A stretch of DNA of 63,244 nucleotides, the filler included, from Octopus bimaculoides (lineage: Eukaryota), in assembly GCF_001194135.2 (NCBI RefSeq). It is 5 parts of 5 records of this genome, joined end to end, with 100 filler letters (N's around TTAATTAATTAA, not from the genome) between each part and the next. Parts side by side here need not be neighbours in the genome. Positions count along the whole stretch, not along the records: positions 24,361 to 36,552 come from NC_068983.1; positions 36,653 to 52,445 come from NC_068998.1; 3 more parts are not named here. One strand, 5' to 3'. The translations under genes and the position numbers were made by a program. Of the stretch, positions 25,720 through 38,055 are shown piece by piece (position 1 is the stretch's first letter; every line of letters starts with the position of its first letter). The notes beneath the pieces are model-generated. The model was not told the origin of the DNA and made no database searches. It saw only the letters and a program-made list of their open reading frames with translations.

Positions 25720-26115
25720 GTATGTAACAATCGAGAAGGTGAATGACAATGACCTTTTCGTGTGCACAGTCTGTGATAGACCATGACTGTCTTTGTCTGG
25801 CCTCAAATCTCATCTGCGAACGCATGGAAAACGAACCTCCACCAACTATTCTGCCTCTATGTCTATGCACACCTTTGAATGCAGTGTATGCCAGAAGGTT
25901 TGCAAATCCAACGGAGGCCTCAAAAGACATTTTAAGATCCATAAAGAGCAGAACTTATCTGCAGCTTTTGGTGGTCCAAATCGGAGGTGCAATCTATGTG
26001 GGTGTCTTTTCAGAACATTGTCTGGTTTAAAAAACCACATCAGATGCTATGACGGCGATAAGGTGTAGGTACAGGAGGTGGTCAAACTCTGCATAAAGAG
26101 TAGACAACCACCACC
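25720..26115 (+). mobile_element. LINE (probably RTE) 3' end encoding three C2H2-type zinc fingers, first finger disrupted
   Basis: CTVCDRP*LSLSGLKSHLRTH, CSVCQKVCKSNGGLKRHFKIH, CNLCGCLFRTLSGLKNHIRC; no TGEKP linkers; short 3' UTR ending in accaccacc followed by simple repeats. Confidence 0.6.
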
Positions 26116-26154
26116 ATGTATACAAATACACACAAATATGTATATGCATGTGTG

Positions 26155-26189
<35 letters not shown>

Positions 26190-27252
26190 NNNNNNNNNNN
26201 NNNNNNNNNNNNNNNNNNNNNNNNNNNNNNNNNNNNNNNNNNNNNNNNNNNNNNNNNNNNNNNNNNNNNNNNNNNNNNNNNNNNNNNNNNNNNNNNNNNN
26301 NNNNNNNNNNNNNNNNNNNNNNNNNNNNNNNNNNNNNNNNNNNNNNNNNNNNNNNNNNNNNNNNNNNNNNNNNNNNNNNNNNNNNNNNNNNNNNNNNNNN
26401 NNNNNNNNNNNNNNNNNNNNNNNNNNNNNNNNNNNNNNNNNNNNNNNNNNNNNNNNNNNNNNNNNNNNNNNNNNNNNNNNNNNNNNNNNNNNNNNNNNNN
26501 NNNNNNNNNNNNNNNNNNNNNNNNNNNNNNNNNNNNNNNNNNNNNNNNNNNNNNNNNNNNNNNNNNNNNNNNNNNNNNNNNNNNNNNNNNNNNNNNNNNN
26601 NNNNNNNNNNNNNNNNATATATATATGTTTGTATGTATGTATATAGTCTAAAGATGAGATCCGGAGATTCTCAGTATAGAAACCACTTAGTAGTACTCAA
26701 ATGATTTAAACTTAGACTCCGGTGTCTTTACAGGGGATCACACCTTTCTTCCCTCACTTTAACCTTCTTCTATCGATTGTACTCTGTGTAAGTTGGATCT
26801 ATTAATATAAACATCTATATATTTATACTTAAATATTCATCGTCTGAAAGTCTCTATTTTTAGCATTCTCTCGTTTTGCATGTTTACATATAGGCATATT
26901 TTGTATTTAATACCCGAACTGTTTTTATTTAATATATCTAATTTGTTTATCCGCATAATTTCCGCTATATTTTGTGTGTGTGTGCGTGTATACTACGTAT
27001 TAGTGTATATACTTTTGTAAGTAACACTTTTTAGCGTTTGAAGCCGTTGAATTTGCGCCATTTTATAAAATTTATTTTCTAAATCATTCGACACGAGCCA
27101 GAGTCGTTCTGTTTATTTCTTAAATATATAAACACATGCATGTATATATGCATTCATATATATACTGTTTGCATATATGTAGATATATACTTCTCTTTTA
27201 CTTATGAAAGGTGAATGAATTATGAGACTGTGTTTTTAAACCTGAAGCCACA

Positions 27253-27291
27253 ATGACCTACATGGCTGACGTTGGAGTCAAGGAGAAATTA
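27253..27291 (+). CDS. Candidate first coding exon of a small unknown protein (MTYMADVGVKEKL)
   Basis: Kozak-like gccacaATG and consensus donor TTA|gtaagt; phase 0. Confidence 0.3.
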
Positions 27292-27624
27292 GTAAGTACT
27301 GAGTCACGATGCGGAAAGAAAATGTTGTCATGGATATCGCTGAGGTGAATCGAGAGAAGAACTTAGAGTGAAGACCGAGTCCTTTATGAGTATCAAATAA
27401 AATTGTGTATGATTGAATCTGGTTTGATTGGACGGGAACTGCAAGAAATATATAAAGAAAATGCAGAAAATCGTATAATGAATTGAGCCAAACCAAACAA
27501 TGTTCCTGGTTGGGTGATACGGTTGTCTGTTGACAAGATCACTTTTATTTTCACTTGACAACTGATAAAGCCCTGCAGCTCAAGAAATCTATAGAACATA
27601 AATACGCGCGCGTTTGTGTGTGAG

Positions 27625-27663
<39 letters not shown>

Positions 27664-27773
27664 GAGGATGCTATACGCATGTGTCTGTGTATTTGTGAGT
27701 GTGTGAGTATGTGTGTGCGTGTACAAATTTAAAGAACAGATATACTGGTGTGGTGGCCAGATCTTTGGTTAAT

Positions 27774-27830
<57 letters not shown>

Positions 27831-28227
27831 CAGAATGAGACATGGAGACGATTAGTTAAGGAAGAAAACTTAAACAGAAAAACTTCTTGTGAACCATTAT
27901 GGACCAGAATCATCTTAGTTTTGGCGTATTCAAAGACCAAAGGCTTAAATCCCATGTTCGTATTCATCTGGTCGCGAAAGTGATTGGAAATATCATTGTG
28001 AGATAATGGACATTACAAAGAAACAAGAGGACAAGAGCATACGAATTAGACGGAAAATAACGGACAGATACATATAATTACAGTTCAACAAACAAGATTT
28101 TTTTCAACTAGGCATGGAAGACAACAAATTCATCAAAAGAGTAACTAGCTCGAAGGAAATTAAGAATGTGGTTTTCTTCTTAAATGAACACATGTATATG
28201 AATACATACGCAAACACATAATCATAA

Positions 28228-28269
<42 letters not shown>

Positions 28270-29299
28270 ATAATACTTATACGCACNNNNNNNNNNNNNN
28301 NNNNNNNNNNNNNNNNNNNNNNNNNNNNNNNNNNNNNNNNNNNNNNNNNNNNNNNNNNNNNNNNNNNNNNNNNNNNNNNNNNNNNNNNNNNNNNNNNNNN
28401 NNNNNNNNNNNNNNNNNNNNNNNNNNNNNNNNNNNNNNNNNNNNNNNNNNNNNNNNNNNNNNNNNNNNNNNNNNNNNNNNNNNNNNNNNNNNNNNNNNNN
28501 NNNNNNNNNNNNNNNNNNNNNNNNNNNNNNNNNNNNNNNNNNNNNNNNNNNNNNNNNNNNNNNNNNNNNNNNNNNNNNNNNNNNNNNNNNNNNNNNNNNN
28601 NNNNNNNNNNNNNNNNNNNNNNNNNNNNNNNNNNNNNNNNNNNNNNNNNNNNNNNNNNNNNNNNNNNNNNNNNNNNNNNNNNNNNNNNNNNNNNNNNNNN
28701 NNNNNNNNNNNNNNNNNNNNNNNNNNNNNNNNNNNNNNNNNNNNNNNNNNNNNNNNNNNNNNNNNNNNNNNNNNNNNNNNNNNNNNNNNNNNNNNNNNNN
28801 NNNNNNNNNNNNNNNNNNNNNNNNNNNNNNNNNNNNNNNNNNNNNNNNNNNNNNNNNNNNNNNNNNNNNNNNNNNNNNNNNNNNNNNNNNNNNNNNNNNN
28901 NNNNNNNNNNNNNNNNNNNNNNNNNNNNNNNNNNNNNNNNNNNNNNNNNNNNNNNNNNNNNNNNNNNNNNNNNNNNNNNNNNNNNNNNNNNNNNNNNNNN
29001 NNNNNNNNNNNNNNNNNNNNNNNNNNNNNNNNNNNNNNNNNNNNNNNNNNNNNNNNNNNNNNNNNNNNNNNNNNNNNNNNNNNNNNNNNNATATATATGC
29101 GTGTGTGTGTGCTCGTATATATACGTATATGTATGTGTGTAAGAGGGGGGGAGAGTACGAGTGCCAAACAGCGATTAACCACGTGATCTACTACATAGGT
29201 GTGTATGTGTGTGTGTGTGTGTAAAAGATATCAGCTCAGTATGTATGCACGTATGTATGTATGTATGTATGCATGTACGTATGTATGTATGTATGTACG

Positions 29300-29330
<31 letters not shown>

Positions 29331-29724
29331 GCTGTACGCAGAACAACGATAAAATACGTGGTAAAAATTTTAAAAAAAACAAAAGCAAAGCCTGAGATTT
29401 TTCTGTCTGTAACAAACATACTAGCACCACCAGTACAAAAGAAATACATATACTTTGAAATAAGGGCAAAAAAATATTTTTTTTATTACATATTTTGTGG
29501 GCCACACTTTTTTATGCATAGTATATAATATCTTAACTGAAACAACGTTCCAAAGAAATAGTTTATGTTCATAAAAGTAGGCCTGTTAATACGATAACAT
29601 TTAGATCGCTGTCGAAGGGGGCAGTTATCCAAGTAATTTATTGTCTTCTCCCGGTCACGGTGAGGCAATTGAGTGTATAATTAAAGATGCGGTGCACATG
29701 CTTACACACATAAATTTCATATAT

Positions 29725-29761
<37 letters not shown>

Positions 29762-30261
29762 NNNNNNNNNNNNNNNNNNNNNNNNNNNNNNNNNNNNNNN
29801 NNNNNNNNNNNNNNNNNNNNNNNNNNNNNNNNNNNNNNNNNNNNNNNNNNNNNNNNNNNNNNNNNNNNNNNNNNNNNNNNNNNNNNNNNNNNNNNNNNNN
29901 NNNNNNNNNNNNNNNNNNNNNNNNNNNNNNNNNNNNATCTATATATAAACTACATTATGGAAGTATCTTATAAGAACGTAAAAAATACCCCGTTATGTTT
30001 ATTTCTCTTTCATTTCTTAACGATACAGATAGTACAGCGTTTCGTCGCACATATGCGACCTGGTCACTAACACAAACACACACACGCATGCAGGCACGCA
30101 TGCAGGCACGCACACACGCGTGCGTGCGCAGACACAAATGGCTGACACACACGCACGCACACAGGCGCGCGCGCACATACATATGCTAACGTCAAACCAC
30201 GGTACACAATTATCCACAGACAATTTTTCTCTTTCATTCTCCCTCAGGTGTGTGTGTGTGT

Positions 30262-30311
<50 letters not shown>

Positions 30312-30487
30312 GACAGACAGAGACAGAGCGAGAGAGAGACAGAGAGAGAGACAGAGAGAGAGACAGACAGAGAGAGACAGACAGAGAGAGACACACAGAG
30401 AGAGACAGAGAGACAGAGACAGACAGAGAGACAGAGACAGAGACAGAGAGAGACAGAGAGAGAGACACAGAGAGAGAGAGAGACAGA

Positions 30488-30522
<35 letters not shown>

Positions 30523-30814
30523 TCATGCCTGCACCACTGCTTAACACTTCGTGCTGGTTTGTTTACATCCCCGGCTTCAGAAAAAGAGACCGATAGCAAA
30601 AGTACCAGACTTCAAAACGAAAAAAAAAAAACGCTACTGGTGTCAGTATGTCGGACTAAGCACCTCTAGGCGATGCCCCAGGATGGGCATAGTCCGATGA
30701 CTGAGACAAGTAGAAATATATGTATATGAGAAAGAGAGAGATATAACTGCGTACTATGGCTTTTTTCCCTTTAATATATATGGGTAACAAAAAAACAAAA
30801 GAGTAAAACCCAAC

Positions 30815-31135
30815 TTCGGTCACGTGTAACCATGGGATTGCACCTAGAAAATTACCCTCCGAAGGAGAGAATCCGGACAAGGTTGTTCATAGAAGACCAG
30901 CCGTTACCTCTACAGCCTCTCATCTTCACGCCACCGATGTTCTCCAAGGGAAAGGCAAAGGGGCCGATACAGCTTGGCACCAGTGACATCGCCACTCATT
31001 TCTACGGCTGAGTGAACTGGAGTAACGAGAAAAAAGGGTCTTCTGCAAGAAAACAACGGACAACCCGGTCGGGGAATCGATCTCACTATCTCATGTTTAT
31101 AAGTCCAACACTCTAACCACTTAGCCATGTGCTTT
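30815..31135 (-). mobile_element. tRNA-headed SINE family 2
   Basis: Head catggctaagtggttagagtgttg..gatcgattccc; body ctccagttcactcagc also seen at 58565-58805 and 31617-31637. Confidence 0.75.
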
Positions 31136-31158
31136 CGCAATATACATGAGTATGTGTA

Positions 31159-31199
<41 letters not shown>

Positions 31200-31278
31200 A
31201 TGTGTGAGTATATATATACATATATATTTGAACAGTATATACATTTATATATACTGTGTATATATATATATATATATA

Positions 31279-32733
31279 TTGTAGTTTCAGCTCAGAGCTA
31301 TGGCTATGCTGATGCACCGCCGTTTTGCTACACTGTTATAACGGAGATCCTCCTCCAATATGTGGCACTTGGTGAAGAATGGAGTTTGATGTAGCTACCC
31401 TCATTTGTACCTCTTGCCGTGAAGTAGGTTCATCTAGAACTCTCGTCAGGAAGAGGTCCAGCTTTGATTTTAAAATGCTTACATCTACTTTGTGCAGGTT
31501 CCTCAGGCTCTTTGGGAGAATATTAAAAAGCTGTGGGTCCCTGAAACCCAGACTGTTGCAGTAACTGGACCTGAAGCGCGATGGCGTTGCTGGGATCTTT
31601 GGCACTTTTTTCTCGTTGCTCCAGTTCACTCAGCCGTTCTGGCATTGGTGTAGCTTTCAATGCCAAAATTTGGCACAATTCCTTCCAGCATCTTCCAGAT
31701 GTATATTACTACATACCTCTCCCGCCTTCGATCCAGGGAGTAGAGTCTTAGCTGTTTCAGCCTTTCCCATTAGCTGAGCTGTTGAAAAGAGACGATCTTC
31801 TTTGTGAAGCTTCGCTGGATTGCTTCAAGGTCCCCTGTTAATTTTACACTGTTGGGTGACCATAGCTGGGAGCAGTAATCCAGACGGCTGAGGACGAATG
31901 TCCTCCATAGGACCATCACGGTTTCCTTATCTCTGGATCTGAATATTCTTAGGATCCATCCAGCCAGTCGTCTGCACTTTGTCGCCATCCTGGTAACGTG
32001 CACTTGGGAAGAGGTGTCATTACTCATGTCGATACCCAGGTCCCTCACTGATTTAGGCTCTGGGATTGTAATCCCCTGTGGACCAGTGTACCCTGTAAGT
32101 TTCATATTCAATTTTGGACGCTGGTAGCGCAGGGCTTGGAATTTTTCAGCATTAAACTGAATATTATTGTCCTCAGCCCATCTGTAAATTGAGTCCAACT
32201 CCTGCTGCAGGTGTGCAACATCGCTGGGGTTCTGTATTTTCTGCGGGACTTTCGTATCGTCTGCGTAGCTAGGAACGGTGGCTATCCGGGAAGTTGAGAA
32301 CATATCTGAGAGGGCCACTATGAAAAGCAGTGGCCCTCACCGCTCACTATTTTTGTTTTCATTGAGGTAACTCCATTGACCACTATTGCTTGACTTCTGT
32401 CTTTCAGAAAGTCATGTAACCACTCTCCAAGTTGTTCATTTATGCCAAGATCACACAGTTTGTGGCATATAATACCATGATCCAGTTTGTCAAAAGCTTT
32501 TGCAAAACCAATGTATATTACGTCCACATTTGAGTTGTTGAGTAACTACCTCAACACCCAGTCATAATGTTGTAAGAGCTGAGTCAGGCAGCTCCTACCT
32601 GGTTGAAAGCCATGATGGGTATCACTCAGCAAGTTATTTTCTTCAAGGATTGCGATTAGTTTCCCTCTGACTATCCGTCCCATGACTTTGCTGATGTGTG
32701 AAGTCAGAGAGATAGGCCTATAGTTTTTGGCAT
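31279..32733 (-). mobile_element. CR1-like LINE, 5'-truncated RT with internal deletion; (TA)n tail
   Basis: NYRPISLTSHISKV, GFQPGRSCLTQLL, FAKAFDKLDH, YADD at 32256-32267, LSRLDYCSQLWSP. The GVPQG region is deleted near 32336. Confidence 0.92.
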
Positions 32734-33740
32734 TGAAGTATCAAAATATTTCGTCGCACCTCTGTGTCTTAGCTACTAACACAATTCCACTACATCTCGA
32801 CGATAAAATAACTGGAATTTTTTGGCTATATCCTTTCATTTACGTGTTTCAACCATTGGACTGCGGCCATGCTACGGCACTGCTTTGAAAGGTTTAGTCG
32901 AACAACTCTACCCCAGTATTTATTTTAAAGTCAAGTACCAAATTCACTCACAAGACATTGGTCGGCCCAGGGCTATAGTAGAAGACACTTGCTCAAGGTG
33001 CCACACTCGCTCAGAACCAGAAACCACGTAGTTAAATGTGAGCTTCTTAATCACACAGCATTGTCTGCAACTATAAATATAACAAAGAATGCATTAGCAT
33101 GTACAGCCAACACGAAAGCAATGTTTTGGTTATATTACGCCCCCTCAGTCGAGCATATTGTGACAATATAACCATTTATTTCTAAATAGAAATGAAATTT
33201 CCAAGAATATCAATATTTTGGTTTTATTACACCTTCTCAGTGGACCATCTTGTGACAGTCGAACCATTTATTTCTAAATGAAATTTCCAAGGACACCCAT
33301 ATTCTCGAGTTAACACAAGAAAAGTAAGCTTCTAAGCTTATCTTTATAATCAGTTGTAATCATTTTGCTTCGCTTTTGTCACTACTGTCCATGAAGTAGT
33401 TATAACAGTCATGCCCATGTTTTGGAATCAAATCTTGGATGAACACAGCTTTGTAGGATCTGTAATTTATATCTGGATCCAAAATATGATAATATTAACA
33501 GTAGCGCTGAAATGGCAGAGTCGTTAATGTGTGGCGAAGTCAGTAGAACGTTGGATAGATACAACCTCGCGGTACTTGTTCAAATTCCGCCAAGATCAAC
33601 TTTACTTTTCATCTCTCAGGGTCGATAAAGTAAAGTACGTATTAAGTACGGGAGGGTCTGTGTTTTCAGTTAAGCCCTATACCTCAAATTTTCTGGTCTT
33701 GTGCCTAAATCAGAAGTCATTATACACACAAATATATATA

Positions 33741-33790
<50 letters not shown>

Positions 33791-34096
33791 GTGAGGAGGG
33801 AAAGGGATAATCTGTGTTTCATTTGTTCAACTGAGGCTGGTGAATTTTAACAAACACCAACAAACATTTGAATGTTGTGTATCAAGAGACGTAATTACGT
33901 ATTAATATTGTTTTTAATGGAGAATTTGGATCTAGGAATAGAAAATAGTTTCAATTAAATATGTAAAACTTGTGTTTTCAAAGCACAAAGGAATTGGCTT
34001 CCAGTACTTAAGCATTTTACTGATTTGTTTATTTGTTTATTTACTTCCGCATAATATTCCAGTTTTGTTTGTAATCTAATAACGAAATAATTTTAG

Positions 34097-34243
34097 ATTT
34101 CCTGCTTGATGAACGAGTTCTGTCCGGAAAGCCTATCAGATATGGCGTATATTGGCGAGTCTGATCTGTGGAATGTGGTTCGCCTGAAGGGATTAGATGA
34201 ATGCAAATATTATCATGATGGTTGCCTTGATTCTATGAACTAA
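34097..34243 (+). CDS. Candidate terminal exon (ISCLMNEFCPESLSDMAYIGESDLWNVVRLKGLDECKYYHDGCLDSMN*)
   Basis: Acceptor ttttag with a CTAAT branch-like motif about 20 nt upstream; 48 open codons in a unique, CpG-containing island; phase 0 matches 27291. Confidence 0.3.
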   Translation: MSCLMNEFCPESLSDMAYIGESDLWNVVRLKGLDECKYYHDGCLDSMN

Positions 34244-35711
34244 ATTACCACTGCTTCAGCCACAGAAGTTTCTAGACATATGGCAGAATTTTTTTTTTTA
34301 AATATGATGTTGAATTTAAAGAAAAAAAATCATTTTACTTATATACTCTTTACTCTCTCTTTTACTTGTTTCAGTCATTTGACTGCGGCCATGCTGGAGC
34401 ACCGCCTTTAGTCGAGCACATCGACCCCAGGACTTATTGTTTGTAAGCCTAGTACTTATTCTATCTGTCTCTTTTGCCGAACCGCTAAGTTACGGGGACN
34501 NNNNNNNNNNNNNNNNNNNNNNNNNNNNNNNNNNNNNNNNNNNNNNNNNNNNNNNNNNNNNNNNNNNNNNNNNNNNNNNNNNNNNNNNNNNNNNNNNNNN
34601 NNNNNNNNNNNNNNNNNNNNNNNNNNNNNNNNNNNNNNNNNNNNNNNNNNNNNNNNNNNNNNNNNNNNNNNNNNNNNNNNNNNNNNNNNNNNNNNNNNNN
34701 NNNNNNNNNNNNNNNNNNNNNNNNNNNNNNNNNNNNNNNNNNNNNNNNNNNNNNNNNNNNNNNNNNNNNNNNNNNNNNNNNNNNNNNNNNNNNNNNNNNN
34801 NNNNNNNNNNNNNNNNNNNNNNNNNNNNNNNNNNNNNNNNNNNNNNNNNNNNNNNNNNNNNNNNNNNNNNNNNNNNNNNNNNNNNNNNNNNNNNNNNNNN
34901 NNNNNNNNNNNNNNNNNNNNNNNNNNNNNNNNNNNNNNNNNNNNNNNNNNNNNNNNNNNNNNNNNNNNNNNNNNNNNNNNNNNNNNNNNNNNNNNNNNNN
35001 NNNNNNNNNNNNNNNNNNNNNNNNNNNNTCGCCCATGGTGCCACGCAGTGGGAATGAAACCGAAACCTCGTGGTTGCAAGACGAGCTTCTTAAGCTGTGC
35101 CTATAGAAATAGCAAGTAAATCTCCCTTTAAAAGAAGGAAGAACACATTGAATGATTGATAGATGGCTTTTTATCCTCGGTCGGTTGGCTGAATCATGAT
35201 TAAACAGCAGCAGCATGTGTTCTTTTTGCCGCTGCTCTGCGTGTGTGTGTGTGTGTGTGTGTGTGCCTCACCAGACAACCGGTGTCGATTCGTTCACGTT
35301 CCCGTAACGGAGCGACTCGGCGAAAGAGAAAAGTAAAATGAATACTAGACTTTAAAAAATGGAATAACTAGGGTTGATTTGTTCGACCAAGCAATTAAAG
35401 GCAGTGCTCCAGCATGGCCGTACTCCAATGACCAAAAATAAGTCAAATATAAAAAAAACCAATGCAGAAGAAAAAAAAACAGATAATACTTTCAAATTAA
35501 CGGAAACAGTCTAAAAAGACAAAATCAGTGCAAACCGTCGATGCTACGAAAACGAAGGCCTCTACACAATCGGTCGATCTGCTAGAAATAATAGGCAAAT
35601 TCCTTCAAATCACTATCAGCTTTTTAAATCATAAGAAAGAAAGTTACCGCTTGAACGTCTTCCATCCTGATTCTGCTCCATCAGCGCTGATTGGAGGTAA
35701 ACAATGTTGTT

Positions 35712-35892
35712 GTTGGCACTCCGTCGCTTACGACGTCGAGGGTTCCAGTTGATCCGATCAACGGAACAGCCTGCACGTGAAATTAACGTGCCTGTGGAGT
35801 GCTCAGCCGCTTACACGTTAATTTCACGAGTAGGCTGTTCCGTTGATCGGATCAACTGGAACCCTCGTCGTCGTAACCGACGGAGTGCCAAC
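35712..35892. repeat. Palindrome formed by two outward-facing 3' ends of a dispersed repeat
   Basis: Arms of about 77 bp with few mismatches; a single-orientation, longer copy lies at about 55250-55410. Confidence 0.85.
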
Positions 35893-35989
35893 CAATAATA
35901 CTGCCTCTAGCGCTAATATATACAAAATATTCCATTCATTTTCTCCATCTACAATTCCTGGCAGGGTCGTGAGGGTAGAATCTTATTTT

Positions 35990-36235
35990 ACCCCTCCATA
36001 GAATCCTATCGGAAGCAACCGTTTTTGCACTTTCCACCTGGATTCCCAAGCGCGCTCAGTTTGAGACTATGGATGTTATCCAACCATCTCGTTTCAGGCC
36101 TTCACTTATGTCTCCTGCCGATTGACTCGGTGAAGAATCCATCTTGCGATTCTTTCCTACTGCACGCTAAACCCATGCCCGTAGTACCGGAGCCGTGAGT
36201 TCCTAATGTGGAGAAGCAGCAGCTCCGCCTGGAGG
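35990..36235 (-). mobile_element. Degenerate RTE LINE C-terminal fragment
   Basis: Minus translation ELLLLHIRNSRLRYYGH..ERIARWILH..RPETRWLDNIHS..DRILW, with stops and frameshifts. Confidence 0.65.
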
Positions 36236-36552
36236 GACTGACTCATTTCCCAGCCAGCTAACGGCTGTTAGTATAATTATTCCGGCCTTTGACCGGAATA
36301 AAATAAGGAGATTATTTAATTAAACATGGAAACTCAGTACTACAACAAAACAGTAATGACGATGTCGTTAATTTATTTTAATTGATGCGTCCCCCAGCTC
36401 ACCTGCTTTCCCCAGTAGGACGTAAGTTATTCTTAACATCCATCGGTGACGCTTAATTTTTCAAAGTAGTAATCAAAAGATTATTCAAACGTACGTATAT
36501 GCTTAACCATCGGGGATTAATAAACACACCAGAGGATTAAGATGACGTGCAA

Positions 36553-36652
36553 NNNNNNNNNNNNNNNNNNNNNNNNNNNNNNNNNNNNNNNNNNNNTTAA
36601 TTAATTAANNNNNNNNNNNNNNNNNNNNNNNNNNNNNNNNNNNNNNNNNNNN
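36553..36652. other. Artificial scaffold-joining spacer
   Basis: 44 N + TTAATTAATTAA (36597-36608) + 44 N. Confidence 0.95.
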
Positions 36653-36830
36653 TCTGCGGAGGGGGAAAGTGGTAAACAAAAACAGAACAGTGAGAACAAG
36701 ACAGTAAAAACAAACGTTGAGGGCTGTTGAGCCAAAACGGGGTGAAGTTATGAACGCTGGAAAAACGAGCTTTGAGAAGAGACAGATAAAAGCACGTCTT
36801 GTCCTTAGGAAGATATATATATATTATCAT

Positions 36831-36992
36831 TATTTAAAACAGTTTGATTCGGTTCTATGCGACTTAAAGTTACTCTGGCTTCTTACAGAAACTTAGCTGT
36901 TAAAGCTCAGATTACTCACGAACGAGCTAGGTTTTTGTAAGAAGCCAGTGAAACTTTAAGTCGCCTAGAACCGAATCAAACTGTTTTGAATA
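36831..36992. repeat. About 162-nt hairpin (arms about 65 bp), MITE-like
   Basis: aaaacagtttgattcggttcta..cttaaagtt..ctggcttcttaca is inverted at 36925-36992. Confidence 0.85.
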
Positions 36993-38017
36993 TTACATGT
37001 AACTCTACCAAATGTGTTGAGTGCCTTTTTTCTTTCGTTTGTCCATTCACTCGTATATGTGTGTGCTTGTGTTAGTGTGTGTTTGTGTGTGGGAGGTTGT
37101 GGATGCGTGAATATGGCGTAGGCTGCTATTCCAAAAGTATGTGAACAGCTTTAAAAAACTTGCGTTGTACATACACATACACACTCACACACACATACAC
37201 ACATATGCATGCACACATACACATGCACGCTTATGCACGCAGGATAGGTAAGTCAGAAGAGAAACGGCAGTCTGTGACCTGAACGAATTTTATATCGTTA
37301 GAGGTGAAGCGGGCAAACTGTTAACAAGGTGATAACAGAGAGAGCGAGAGACTGAGAGAGAGACAGCAAGAAAGAGAGACAGAGATAGACAGACAGACAA
37401 ATAGAGAGAGTGACAGAGCCGGAGAGAGAAAGGGAAAGCAGGAGAGAAGGAAAGCAGGAGAGAAGGAAAGCAAGCAATGAGGTAGAAGGTAATGTTGAGA
37501 GAGAGAGAGAGAGAGAGACAGGCAGACAGACAGACAGAAAGACAGACGGACAAACAGAGAGAGAGAATGAAAGCAAGCAATGTGGCAGAAGGTGATGATA
37601 TTGAGATTTACAACTGCTTCTGTAGATGTTACAGCTACGTAGACACCTCCTACGAGCGCACGCACACGCATACACACACACAGACGCATGCGCACAAGCT
37701 CATACATGCACACATGTATATATTCAGATACTCCCCCCCCACACACACACACACATTCACACATGTTGCACGCGCATGCATTGCACACGTATACTTCTCG
37801 CTTCTCATAAACACATAGACTTCATGCACAAACCGCTTTTGTTTTACAACTGGCGGTGGTGGTAGCGGTAGTAGTGGTGGTGGTGGTGGTGGTGATGGTG
37901 ATGGTTTGAAGTGGGTAGAAAGCTGTAGAAGGGAGGAATATGGATGGATGGATGTGAGTGTGTGTGTGTATATATATGTGTGTGTGTATATGTGTGTGTA
38001 TATGTGTGTGTGTGTGT

Positions 38018-38055
<38 letters not shown>

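Noticed and set aside
25793-26068. 91-aa C2H2 ORF as an intact host zinc-finger gene
   Set aside because: The first finger has a stop, there are no TGEKP linkers or splice sites, and the 3' end is retroelement-like. Kept as a LINE fragment.
33120-33300. Diverged tandem duplication of about 90 bp
   Set aside because: Only two decayed units with no associated structure; not a CRISPR-like or otherwise informative array.
36403-36800. Minus-strand exon apparently running from an acceptor near 36653 to the donor at 36403
   Set aside because: It crosses an artificial scaffold spacer, so the two halves are unrelated.
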